Assembly (NCBI GenBank): GCA_964187785.1
Contig: OZ076409.1
Span: forward strand, 3,412,001-3,476,000
Source: Amphiscolops sp. MND2022
Taxonomy: Eukaryota
Length of the DNA stretch: 64,000 nucleotides
Reading direction: 5' to 3'
The number at the start of each line of letters is the position of its first letter. The stretch's first letter is position 1. A program made the position numbers and the translations under genes. The notes beneath the pieces were generated by a model. That model was not told the origin of the DNA. It made no database searches and saw nothing but the letters and a program-made list of their open reading frames with translations. This document shows, piece after piece, positions 36,621 to 50,100 of the stretch.

Positions 36621-37249
36621 TGAGGAAGTGCGAAAAGGCAATCCACAACCACTACAAACTTTCTTCTACAGTGTGTTTAATCTCACATCCCTGAGAATCG
36701 GGAACAGCCACCGAAAAAGAACTCGTTTCAATCAACACTGCAGTTGCAGGGGCAGCTCCGCAGTGGCAGAGAAAGGAACAATGCTGGTAAGAGCGACTGC
36801 ATCAGACAAGGTCAAGATTGCTACTGAAAATCAAGATTCGGATCAGACGCGTCAGATAATCGGGTAAGAGTAGAATGGCTGATGACCTAACAATAGTCCA
36901 GTTACCCTCGAAAGTCGGAACGATCGTCAATGTCAGAAGGATGGACATCGTCTTTGATCCGTGCATACACGGTTCCGTCGCCACTGACACAGGAGCAAAG
37001 AAACAGTCAGTCTCGTCAAAGGAGAACAAAAGAAACCACCATAGAAGTAGTGACGTCATGATGACGCAGTTAAAATGAAGAAAAAGATCACGTCAGAACG
37101 ACGCAGCTCAGGGTGAAAGGGACTAAAAATCATTCTGAAACGATCACAGTAAAGACCGAAGCAAAACCCCTCAAGAAGAAAATAAAAGAAAATTGGAGGA
37201 AAAGAAACCAATTGGAAGCCAATGAAAACTTCGATGAAGAAGGAATGTG

Positions 37250-37735
37250 TCTCAACAAAGTTTCTGAATCACGTTGGTGATTAGCACAGAAAGGGTTATA
37301 CCGACGAAATGTCGAATCACGGTGTGTATTTAGTTTAGAATTAGCCGTTGTGAAATTTTGAACCAAAATAATTAGTACAGAAGGATTGAGTGAAAAGGTG
37401 AAATAGGAAAGAAAGAGATAATGATCACACCAGTTAAAGTACTTGTGATTACTCGGTATATTTTTTTTAGACTACGCTTTTTTACATCTGGAAAGTTAGT
37501 ACTTTAGGAGACTTTAACGGAGCTGCAGTATTAGGTCTAGATATAGTGACAACTGGGTGGTTAGTCTACTATTTCTGGTGTGTGCGAGTTACAAATCAAA
37601 AGACTTTTACAGTGATGATTACAAATTATACAAACTAGTTACATTTACATCGAGAACACAGTGCAGCAAAATCTAGACAGTTAGACTAGACAGACATATG
37701 AAAGAATGAATCAATAATCAGGTATATTAAAAAGG
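37250..37735 (-). mobile_element. LTR + PBS + leader remnant of the same lineage as copies D and E
   Basis: TAACGGAGCTGCAGT...TGACAACT...CAAATCAA...TTTTACAG aligns with 60600-60700; degenerate PBS TGGTGTGATCAT at 37432-37421. Confidence 0.7.
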
Positions 37736-40700
37736 GTATCTATTGGATTCAGATAATTGATGTTTTTTGTGCCTCTTATTGTTTATCTGTTATTTATCTT
37801 ACACAAGTTATGGACTTTAAATTGCAGTTTTATATTTATACTATCAAGTTTTGTCAATAATGAATGAGGAACATTATACATACATAAAGTATACATAAAA
37901 TCATACATCCAAAAGAAAAACAACAAGAACCACAACCCAATCGAAGTCCAACACTAGTAAAAACCAACAAAATTTAACAAAAGAAAGACAATAGTTTTAG
38001 AAAAATTGCCGCTAGTGGGTTTTATCCCAAATTACCCAATTTAATTTTTCCTAACTTTAGGGAAACTTGCTTCAACCCCTCTTGATGATACTGGTCGCTC
38101 CGCATATACCTCCAATATTTAAAAACTATACTCACACGTCGAATTGGATACCATCCTCGCCAAACGTTGTACTTTCATTTCGAAAACTTCACAAATACAA
38201 CCCTTCCATTACTGTCTCTTATAAACGTTCTCATGATCCTCCAAGCGACATCGCCACAATTATATCTGACACTCCTATAACATTTCGAACGACTTCGAAA
38301 GAGATTCCACAAACAAATCCTGCTTTTGCGCAAAATCTTGCGTTTGTTCTTGGAAGTACGAAGTCTATTGTTTGCAATAAGTCTTTGAACAGTTAGACTG
38401 AAGGATTTGAGAAGTTCGAAATGTTCACCGTAAAATCTCTCCGGAAACACACCAACTCTGTCAGAATCAACCATATGTTTGTAACCTACTCTTCAAAACC
38501 TTCTAAAAATCCACAACACTGACATCCACTTGTTTTTACAAAATCACTCCTACATGTTAAAGACTTTTAAAGGAAACTTTTCGAGAACTCTCACATTTGA
38601 CGAAAACTTCAAATCTCTACTCTAAACATCTATACTTCATTAACAACGCCTTCTCTAACCTTTGCCATAACGCCATTTTTCTGGGTTACAATTCTTTTAT
38701 TCGGTAAATTTTTTCCATGACTCCGAAAATTTTGCGAAAATCTTGATAAATACATTTGGTATTTAGCCTTCATGGTGTCCTCTAATTAATCATCTATACA
38801 TTTTAATAAACGACCCGATTAACCATTTCCTCAACCTCAATTACAAAAAAGTGCAATGGCACTCCGTCTTTTCCTTTGTTTTCCAAACAAACTTCTTTTG
38901 CCTCTCGTTGAGAAACTCCTTTTCTCTTTTGATTTCACAACTATCGAATAAAATGTAACAGCAACCGCTGATGTCAACAATTTTCGACGATTTTCAACAA
39001 AGTGCCAAAATTTCGTTCAAATCTGACGTGGCAGCCTGAGTATGTTTGCGGTCAAAGACCTGTCAGAAAACAGCCTCAAAAGTGACGAGACGCCGCCCGC
39101 GAGAACGAAAACCACAAGACCAGCAGCTAGTACAGCTATTCTGACGTTTTTCACGGAATTGTGCCCATCTCCGACAAGATTTCTCTACTTTGATAGCAGA
39201 AACCCGTGAATCCAGATGTCTGCCTGAAGATCCCTGTGGTGTTCTGTGGTGACCAGCCCGAGCGCTGGGTATCCTTTTGGTCTTTTTTTCTCGAAGAACG
39301 GACTCAAACTGTTGTATTTTGATGTATTTGTGTCGGTTCAGATTGATATAACCGAGAGCTGTCTAAACACCATCTGTGCTTCTGTTCTGTATTGGCGATT
39401 TATCAGATTCCCCTAAAACTGTGGCTCAACTCTAATCCCGTTTTTCGGCCCCCTTTTTAGAGGCTAATTATGCAGTGGTCTTTAGCCCAAGGAAGATGCT
39501 TGTTATTTTTAGCAGTTACAGACTGGGACCAGGCCAGAGAGCATCCGACAAGACGGTTCCCCCACCCTGGGACTTGCTCCCTTGGAGGACCGTGGAGATC
39601 TAAATCCCAGATCACATTCACTGTTCTAGTTCCTCCACTTCTAAGTCTCGGTTAAGCGCCAGCGCTTGTCGTCACATTGAAACTCATTTTTTGGCGACCA
39701 CGGAGGGATCGTCTTGGGAAGCTTTTCCGAGTGGTTTTTAAAAGATCTAGCCCCCTGGAGATCAGCGCCAAGCCCGTTTCGACTCTGACAAAGAAGGAGA
39801 GAGCAGAGTTTTATTTTTCTTCAGTCGTATTACGTCTTACCGGAAGCGGAAGTGGTGTTGAACCAGAGAAAACCCGAAGTAGTCTCGTTTTCAGGTGCGA
39901 AAATGGCATTTTTAGCTGTTTTAGAAGGAAATTGCCAAATTTGTGTGATGTGTTGTTTGCCCATCAGCGGGTATCTTTTTGCAAGTGTAGACGACCGTAG
40001 CACGTGGCCACGGGTGTTTAACAGGTTTTTCGAGCTATTTTCAGCCATTTTATGCCATGCAAGAAGGTGACTGGTGGACGGTTAGCCACGAGACAGTGCG
40101 ACGGGGCAGAGGGGTCAAATAGTGTGTTGCTGACTTCTACTCCCATTTCTCGTGGATACGTCCTAGAGGTATGGTTTTTGATGGACCGCAAGTGCAAGAG
40201 TAGACAAGGCTAATGGTCCAAACCGCGTGTCTCTATCTGTTCTAGATGTGGAGAAAAAGCGTGGCGAAGAGGCACCCTCAGATGGATCATGGTTGGCGAA
40301 AATTCAAAAACGCACCTTTTCCGACGGGGAGCTAACCTACAGAGCACTAATCACAACTGTTGGTGGCGGATTGAGGCATCCTGAGGCTGATATTGTGCGC
40401 AAAACATGCAATTTTAGGCATTTTCAGGCATTCAAGAGTGTATTGTCCGAAAGTCTTTGGAGTGAAGCCTAATTGGCAGTGGGGAAACTGCGCGTTCCCA
40501 TTTTCTGTTTTTTTTTTAAGTGACAATAACGTGTGGTGGTGAAATCCGCATGTAAAAACTCCCATTCAGTGCTGAGAAAAGTGGAAAAACGCACTGAATT
40601 TGGTCAATTTTCCACAAAACCGGACTGTCTCTGAGTTAGGGTCGAGTCATTGATTCCTGAATCCTAACTACAAAGATGTTGCATTTTCGTAACCACCACC

Positions 40701-41489
40701 AAAATGAACGTTAGTGCCGAAAATTTGGTGAGCGTATCGGTCACCAAAGTCGAGAAAACCTCTGTGACGTTTCGACTTCAGAAAGCGAAAGAAGAGCCGA
40801 AAAAAATCCAAAATTGCAGGACTGTCAGTGCATTATAATTACCGGGCACAACCAATTGATGGTTTGTCCCAGTGCTGCGGATAGTAGGGCAACACGTTGG
40901 TCCCATTTTGCCTGTCGTATTACTTTCCGAGGTTATCTTCTTGATCAATTTGTGAAAAAAGTTGTCAAAAACAGTGTTTTCGTGTGTAACGTCCATATTG
41001 GGTCGAAACCTTAAGCAAGCATGCGCGCTTCAATTCGACCATTTCAGTGGCCTTGCAGACACTCAGTGGCATAAAGTACCAAGTTTGGTGTCAATATGTG
41101 CAGTACTTGTTGAGAAATTAGCAAAAACGAGTCACCGAAAAAGGTGTGCAAAAAGGCAGTTTTTTCTTAATTTTTCCGAGTAACTCAAGCACATCAGCCG
41201 AATAGTGAGGCTATATTGCATCCCACCATCGTAACTGGTGCCAGTTTCTACGCCGCTGCAGAGAATTTGAGCTTGCTATCTCTTTCTGGTGAACAACAAT
41301 CTTTAAATAGACGTGAAAAACAGTGCATTTTGGTACGTAGTGGTACCGGACGTCTGTACCTAGGTGAAACTGTTTAGAAGGGGCGCAGCTCAAATCTGTG
41401 CTCATTTTCGTGAACCTACGTGTACCTAAGATTTGCTGGTCGAGTTTGGGCCTGGTACGGGCGCTATCCGCATTTTCTAGCATGAGAGA

Positions 41490-42760
41490 AAATCTCGACA
41501 AATTATTAAAGCGGATCAGTGTGCCCAGTATGTGGACGACATCGGCATCGCAGCCAATGATGCTGATCACCTCATTGCCAACATGAGAAAAACTTTCAAA
41601 TGCATCCAGGAGGCAGGCCTTAAGCTGACAATGCACAAATATCAATTTGGTGCTACAGAAATTGATTTCCATGGCCGAATCATTACCCCACAAAGCGAAA
41701 AAAAACAAATTCCCGAAGTCGAAATGGGCTTTGCAACCCTATCTGGGATTCTTGAACTATGACCGAAACTATGTCCCACGACTGTCCGAACGCCTTGCTC
41801 TATTCTACAAGATGCTAAAAAGTGACTAAAAGGTCCTAGTATCGAAGGAATTGGTTCAATAAGTTAGAGAAATCAAAAGAGCACTTGACAAACGTTGCGA
41901 CCTGGCCCTACAACAACCTATTCCGAACAAACAAATCGCACTAATGACAAATGCGAGTTTTGGTGCCGCTGGATACGCAGTCTTAATTGAAGAATGATCC
42001 TAACCAGAAATTCACCTCACTCCGAAAATCGTACGCACTGGTAGCTCATGGTTCCAAAACCTTCACCCCTGCTCAGATCAAGATGTCCATCTATGCAAAA
42101 GAGTTTTTTGCGATTCATTTCGCAATTAAAGAATTTGGACATATTTTCTGGGGCGCGCCTAAGCCGGTGATCATCCTCACTGACAATAAAGTCGTGACCA
42201 GATTTTTGAAACGAAAATCGTACCCCCAGCCCTGTGGAATGCTTGTGACTACGTTATACATTTTAATTTAGTCATACCGCCCATCCCAGGAGCACAAAAC
42301 ACGGCAGCGGGTTATTTGTCCCGACTAGAAGCTGACCCGAAGGACAAACTAGTCATGAAAATCCGCAAGGAGGGACAAACCTTACCAATTGAAATCAATG
42401 TCCAATCAGCAGGAGTCTCACAAGAAGAACAAATCTTCTATACAAACGACGACCATGAGACAGAAAAGCACTTTTTGGGCGAGGAAAGAAGCAATTAGAC
42501 AAAATTCCGCCTCAACAGAAACAACAATAACGATTCAGTCCGTTTCTACAAATTTGGTCTAACAACAACCCGAAATACAGGTCCGATTAAGGAAAACGAA
42601 TCAGATAATATTGAGAAATCCTAGGATGCAGTATTACAGCAATTGAAGGCAAAACTCCTTCATGAGGAATATTCAGAGAATGTACTGTAACAGGATGCTC
42701 GATATAGACATTACGCAAACAACTTGGAACGAAAACAGATCAAGCCTACGACACACGCCT
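41490..42760 (+). pseudogene. RT-RNase H remnant of the second Gypsy family
   Basis: CAQYVDDIGIAAN..GLKLTMHK..FG..EIDF; IALMTNASFGAAGYAVL; SIYAKEFFAIHFA..ILTDNK. Contains stops and frameshifts. Confidence 0.85.
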
Positions 42761-44982
42761 TGGAAGAATGTCCTTAAAACCTTTCTCAATTATTCACAGT
42801 GAAACGCACCCCAAAATCACCCCTAAGTCTTTTTTTTCCAAAATCTAACACTTCGAAACTTTTTGAAAGTTAACTCGTAAAAACAATGACATAAACCCAA
42901 CTGAACATTGGCAGTGTATTATGATTACTATAATCGATGCAGACCGTTGTCTTTTTTTTAAAACCCGGACGGATGATACGACTATATTGTTTATAAGCCA
43001 ATCAAGTCTCTGTAAAGCAGTCTGGGATAATCTGATCACTTATCTAAGCTGTTTCAACCAATCAGATTTAAATGTATCATACTTACCATTTGATGTATAT
43101 CTACATTTATATGTTTATCAGCTGAATAAAAACGACACAAGATGAATAAACTTTCTTTTATTGAGACCTAAAAACTGCCGCTTTGTTGGTTGTCTCGTTT
43201 AAAGAACTAACCTCAACGCTTTCCCGTAGTTCGTTCTTGTCAGAAAAAATACTTGTTATCTCTTAACTAACGTACAATTACTACAAGTATTTTACTATCG
43301 CCCCGGAATATCAAAACTTTCTTTTGTCTGATAACTAACACTTGGAAGATTGATTGTGATGCTGCTTTTGCAAACTGTAGCAAAACTGTTTCAAACAATA
43401 ATTAAGTTTGCTTAGTATTTTTTTTCAATTTTTTTGATAATATTGATAAGTTTCATATAATTGATTTTCATATAATTATCAGTTTGCATGGAATCTTTGT
43501 ACTTCGCTTGGGTTGAAAAACAAACAGGCGTTGCCTTTTCTAGTCTTTCGTGAAGATAGAGAATTGAAAAACTAAAATCATTCAAGGTCCCATTTATACC
43601 TTTCTCTTGCAAAGATGACAAACGCATGTGGTCAAAAAATAACCCGTAAGCTTTGCGTTGCGCCGAAGTTTGAAACTATTTAGACTGAGTGATCATACTT
43701 CAGTGATTAATTGCCTTGACATTGATGTTAGAAAACATATCAGAAAAAGTCCCGGCACATTTTTCGTCAAGTTCTTGCCAAAGCAAGGAAGAGTAGTTAT
43801 CTAGACAGAACTCACGGCCATTTCTGAGCCCTTTCGAAATAAAATATGAAAAAAACATTTCACAGAAAAAAAGCAAATTGTCTGTACACAAGAAATATAC
43901 ATATCTTTTCATGTTTATTGTTTTTGAATATTCCGTTCGAAGAAACGGCAAAGCTATAATTTCAATCATGCGAAAAGCTAGAACTCTCTTCTTTGACTAA
44001 ACAAATGCAATGGTATATGCAACCGCTCGGAACATTTTTGGCACCATGTGTTGCAATTTTGTCAAATTTCAGAAAAGAACTTTTTTAACTTCGCGCTTAA
44101 AATGTAAGTTGTTCAAATTTCCAATAGAATTGAAATCGAAAATTCGACTGAATGAGAAACATATGGACACTTCAATTGCAACACATGGCGTACGGAAGAT
44201 GCAATTCTGGAAACGATTATTTCCACAACACTGGTTGAATATATAACTTTGTACTATCTCGATATCCAACAGCTAAGATTGAAGAGAATTTTTTGTCAAC
44301 TCAATTTAATCTCACACGCTCAGTCCGTTAGAAATCAGGTTTTATATTAGATCAAAAAAGTTGCGGCGTTGTGAAAAATTGACCCTCCTAAAAAGTCGTC
44401 TTTGAAATGATAACCAAAAATCACAAACAAAAACTGTTATCAAAAAATGTTAACAGCAACGTTTTGTTGGGGTCTTTCAAAAGATGTCGTTCATGCTTTT
44501 CCAGAATGAAGCTCGAAAACAAGAGTTTAATTCCAACTTCAATAAAATGCTTACTTGAAAAATTTCTGCAGAAAACTTCTGCAAATTTCTGCAATTAAAG
44601 ATAGTTCGATCACTAGTAAATACCAATACAGCAAGAAAAACCAGATTTACTTGAAAAGCTGAAGAATTTGCTTACCAAAACCCCGTCATTGAATCTTCTC
44701 AATTCTCCTTTATTTTCACTAATAGTGATGTTCTAAGAGCTCAGCTCTAAGAGTTCAAACTCGCGTTCAGCTGGAACCAATGTTAAGGACGTTTTTGGCA
44801 ATTCCATAGGGCTAGAAAAAATCAATAGTTTTGAGAAAAAAAACAATTTTGGTAGACCTCAAAGTCGCAACTTTTAAAACAAGGTCGATCTTTACTACTT
44901 TCATTGTCATTGACACAGAGGAACTGCCAAGTGTTATCAGTCAAGTAAAGTGCATTGTACACGCTTCCAGTTCGCAAGTTTA

Positions 44983-46219
44983 ATGGCTGCAAACGAAAGC
45001 GACGAATTCAAACAAGAGTTGGAGAAAATCCGGATCCAGATGCCTGGAAGCGGAGGAACGACTGTTTCTATTCTGGATGACGAGGTTATGCTGAACATGG
45101 TCCAAAAACAGTATCCAGATTGGAAAGAGAAAGGAAAAGTAACCTCTGTTCCTGTTGCAAGGATTCCTAAGCTGTTCTTACATAATCTGCAAATGGCTAA
45201 ATCTCTAGAAAAGATATTCAAGCCCACGCAAAAAGGTGATTTGGCTGAAAAACAATTGTACATGTTGTTTATGGCAGGCAATTTCTCTGGACTACCTGGA
45301 TTTCTTGTCTTTCCCAACTTTGACGGAAGTCAAATGTTTGACACCAAAGTAGCAAAAGTTGAAATTGACCAAATTGTGATACATCAAACAAAAGGAGTCT
45401 TCATATTCAACGTCAAAAATGTGGGAGGGAAAAGCGCGTCTTCGCAGAAAATGAAGGACGATATTGCAAAGCATAGAGCGTTTTTACGGATTTTGTCACA
45501 GCTCAACAACACAGTTGAAGGAAAAGATATCCCAATTCACACTGTAGTTTGCAATTTCTACAGTGCGGACAACAAATTCAAAGAGTTAGCTGAAGAAACA
45601 AAGGAATTGGATGACAAAACGATAGTCTTCAACAGTAAAGATTTGACTGCAGCAGAATTTCCGGGAGCATGGATCCGCATATTGGAAACTTTTAGAGATA
45701 TACCTGAGTCAAGTGCGCCCCAATTGGATATTTTAGTCGCCAGACTCGTTGCACTGAGTTCCATGGAAAGTTCGCTAGAATTGATCCACGAACAGTTGGC
45801 TAGTGGATATTTGCAATCAGTGACTAGGAAGGAGCATTTGGAAAATCAAGTAAAATCTTTCTCCGGAGATGAAACATCGACTGATGCGATAGTCGAACTG
45901 TCGAAACGTAAAAACCATAAGGGAAAAGAAAAGTACATATTGTGGACGAAAGATCAGATGCAAGTAATCTCGAAAGTATATGAACACCTAATGGGACCCG
46001 AGAAAGGTTTACGTCTTCTCGTTACTGGATGCAAAGGGTCAGGCAAAACAATGCTGCTAATTTTTCTTGCGAAGTTAGCGCATCACGTTTTGAAATCAAG
46101 AAGTCAATCAGCTCAAGGGAAAATAGTGGTATTTGGAGGAACTATGCCTTCTACATTGTTTTTGGAACATCTGCGACGGCATTTCAAATCTACTGGAATA
46201 ACCGTCCTTTCTACTACTT
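44983..46219 (+). CDS. Exon 1 of NERD-like nuclease / SF1 helicase, paralogue 2
   Basis: ATG at 44983 aligns with the paralogue-1 start (MAANE). Same nuclease motifs, WTKDQ and GCKGSGKT; ends T|GTTAGT (phase 1). Confidence 0.88.
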
Positions 46220-47122
46220 GTTAGTTTTCATTGACGTCAATTTTGCCTAAAACTGGTCGTTACTGTTACTATAAAGCTCGCTGAAAAAGGAAATGTGTAC
46301 GGATTTTTCAAACCAGTTAACATTCTGGCGTTCAAAAGTTCAAAGCACCTCGCAAAGTCAAAATCAACAAAAGAGAATTTCTATATTTTCGTTTGGAATG
46401 GTTAAGATATTTTTATGAACTGTCAGTTTGAAATTACTATCAGGTGAGTTCACGAAAAATGCATCCAGATTGACTACGTTGAAGCAGAAGAATGAGGGCA
46501 CTATATCCGAATACATTACGTTGTGTTCCCAAAATAGCACCGTTTACAAAAATTATATCAGAAAAAGTTTGCTCAGCTTCGGTTTGGAAAAAGGCACTGA
46601 GAGGAAATCGATTCTGCGCCCATTGATTTCCTCGTTAGCGCGCCAACCACTAGAATATTGAGACAAACATGCGGAGAAAATTATCTCAAGGATAAAATTT
46701 ATAGAACAGTGGCCACTGTAGGAGTTTTGAAGTTTTTCAGAAGCACTGACTGAGATGTACGAAGATCGTTTAAATTTCAGTAAAAATGGAAGTCAGCGTT
46801 GTTCATCTGCTGTTAGCTGTAAGCTGTTACAAAGAGAACACTTGGCCAGTTTGGGGCCCAGCGAACTGGTGCGAGAAAACCATCTCATCAAATTTTTCAA
46901 GCACCGTGCCAGCACAAGCTGGGCCAGCTTGTGTTGTACAATGTGGCTCTAGATGGGAATAATCCAAACCAGGTCAACAAAAAACAATTTTATTATCATT
47001 ATGGAAAGAGTTGTCGCTGAGGATCGATCACGGCCGGGGCCGCACCAAAAACTTCATCGAGTGTTCAGTTTCAGATGAGATCCACTTTTTATAGGGAGTC
47101 AATGGTCACATGTTCGCTTTAA

Positions 47123-50100
47123 CGTCATGATATACCTATGGTATAATTTTGAGTCATCATCCTCTACCCATTACCATTATCTTAATTGTAAGTCTAGACT
47201 TGTACTCGCTGTTTGCAATTTTAGTTTTTCGAATCTATTTTCAATACGTATTCTAACTGTAAAGCACTTTCTGATTTGTACACCTACAAAACGATAATTA
47301 TTCTACCATCAAGTTGTCTTCTTTTACTACCTAACACACTGCAGCTCTGTTAGCGTCTCTTTAAAGTACTTATCATCTCCAATCTGAAATAACATAGCTT
47401 ACTCAACCAAAACAAACTAGTATTTCAACTGGTGCAACCAAGACATATCCGTCTGTCCCATCCTTTTTCTAATATCTTCTGTAATGACCATTTTGGTTCG
47501 ATATTCTCCATATCGGTACACAATTCCTTCTGTACTAATCACAAAAAGTGATTCGCAATTTTGTCGGAACATAATTCATATCTTCTGTAATAATCACTGA
47601 ATGTTCATTGCAAGTTCTGCTGGCCTTCTGTACTAATCAAGTTGGCTCGACGCCCTGTCGATACAATATCAGTACCAACCATCTTTGATTTGACAATCTC
47701 GTGGGTACACCATTTTTCTGTACTAACCAAAAACTTTTTTTGGTTTAACGATTCTGTTGGAACAAACTCAATTCAGTTTTTTCTACCAATTCATACCTTG
47801 TTTATATGATTCTGTTGGTATTCTCATATTTTTTGTATATTTTTGGAATCATTGCGATCGCTCGCCTCGTCCCCGACAAATGCATGATTGATTTCATTCC
47901 CCGATAGCTTGAGTGAAATCTCATCTCATGTTTTCAACTAAAAATCTTCCAACTATATATTTTCAAAAGATATACTTTTGCAATGTTTGTTCGTCTCATG
48001 CTTACATCGCTTTTTCATTGACATAATTTCCAACTCATAACCTTCTTTCCCAATCCCAACCTTGACTTCAACTCTATTTTCATCCTACCTCCGTTCTATT
48101 TAAATTGACTCCGCTTTTTATATCCAATCTTCTTTTTTCCAATCTTTCTGCTCCCCATTCCTTTAAACACCAATCCTCTAATTGCTCTCTCGCAACGTCT
48201 AATCATCAACTTTTTCATGCTTTTCACCACTATCTATTTAAACCCCACTTTCCTTTTCCACTGCCAAAAGAAGCTTCTCAAACTCCATCCACATTTACAA
48301 CCACTCCCCACTGAACCTTCTTCTCTATTCACCCTGATATTATTCTAGATCGAATCTGGCTGGTTATTGTTTTGTCCTCATCGCCATTCATAATGACTGA
48401 CCCACCTACTCTAATCTCTCTTCTCTTTTCCTTTGATGTTACCCATCAGCGTCTTTTACGCGACATCGCTCAAGTACTAACTAAACTCCTTAAAAGTCTC
48501 ATCTATGGCTCCACTGCTCCTCTTTCTTTTGAACCTTACCCTGAAGATGTTTACACTACACCTCTGATTCGTGAACATCAAGGCTTATATCTTTATTACA
48601 TCGACACACGTTCTTTGGTAGAAACTCATGTTGAACCCTTTTTAGTCGGCGCCTTTTCCCTTAAGGAGAAAAGCCCGACTCTTACAGTGAGTAGTTTTTT
48701 TTTGTTTTTTTCAGTTGACAACCTCACTCTGAGTGGTCCACTTTTCTTACAATTCTGCAATTCTGCGCAGAAGGCAAACTTTACTCCAAAGGGTCCGCCT
48801 TTCAGTTTTTACTTTTTCAAGGAAACATACACAACCGGACGTGCCCAAAGGGTCCCCCCTTTGGATTTTTTTCGGCACTGTGCGACTTTTTTTCGAAAAT
48901 TTTTTAATGTCCCCAAAGGGTCCCCCCTTTGAGTTTTTTGATATTTTGCAACGGAATGTTTGTTAATAAATCCAGAAGGGTCCCCCCTTTTACATTTTTC
49001 GGCACTATGCGACTTCTTTTGAAAGAAAATTTTTTTTCAAAAATTCCAATTTTTTTCCAAAAAAAGTGTTCTACGCTTTTTGAGCCTTAGATATGGCGCC
49101 GACTTTAGACGTTCTCGTCTTGTTTCCCATTCCTTTCACCTCTCCTCTTAACGGTAATGAGACTTTTCGTTAGAACCGAAACCCCTTCTAGTATTTATAT
49201 CCCAATCGCTCCAGTTTTCATAACCTTCTTCAGAAATTTCTCTGAAAAAAATACTCTTTCACCTCAAAACGCTTTCACTCAGTCTGCTATACAAGCTCTC
49301 CTCCAAAAGGAAACCCGTTTTGATCTTCCCATTATTGAAGAACTCCGCACTACCAAAGACAAAGCTCATCCTTGGCCTACCACTGGTATTCTTCAAATTC
49401 ATCACTTCCAAAACCATCTGTTTCAAAATTTCACCCTAAATACACAAACCAAAGAACAAATTCGAATCTATTCTCTCTTCCTCAGCAAACTGTTTAGACA
49501 TAACTACTAACTCATTTGGAATTCAAAGTTTCAAGACGCTTTTACAAATTTTCCTTCACAATCCAAATCCTATTTCTACCCAACCTTCTGTTTCACACAT
49601 TCACCAAACCCTTCCTCCAATTCCTTTCTTTCCATAAAACTATCAGTACTCAACACCAATCTCACTACTCTCAAACATAACCCTCAGTCCTCCTACCTCA
49701 ACCCTAAGCTCATCTCAAAATCCTTCCTTAAACCTTCCACTTTCCACTTCAAAACCTCTTCCGACATCATATGATCCCTACGCATCACCCCACCCAGATT
49801 TTCATAACTATCCCCCGTCTTCTTTGCAACATCGCCTTAGACCTCTTAACCCTCTTCCACTCTCCTCGTCTACCTTTCCTTTTATTCCACCTTCTCAACC
49901 ACCTCCATCTACTTTTCAAATGACTCCTTCCATTTCTTTTGCCGCTCGCTCCAATCCCAATAAACTTTTTGATAGCATGGATCACTCTTTCCCTTCTGAA
50001 ATGTTTTTAGCTCATCTCCGTGCACGTGTAACATTTTAACTTGAGTCTCAACCCCTCGATATTCAATTATATTTAAACTGGCACCCAAGACTTTTGTCTC

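Noticed and set aside
38954..41220. GC-richer 2.2-kb block with GCTGATGT/ACATCAGC near its ends as a defined transposon
   Set aside because: It is probably a repeat, but an 8-bp inverted match is too weak, and there is no coding similarity or second copy in the window to fix boundaries.
44937..45764. Antisense ORFs conserved between the two paralogues (e.g. MGKTRNPGSPEKLP)
   Set aside because: They are shadows of near-identical sense coding sequence with non-ATG or incidental starts; used only as evidence of nucleotide identity.
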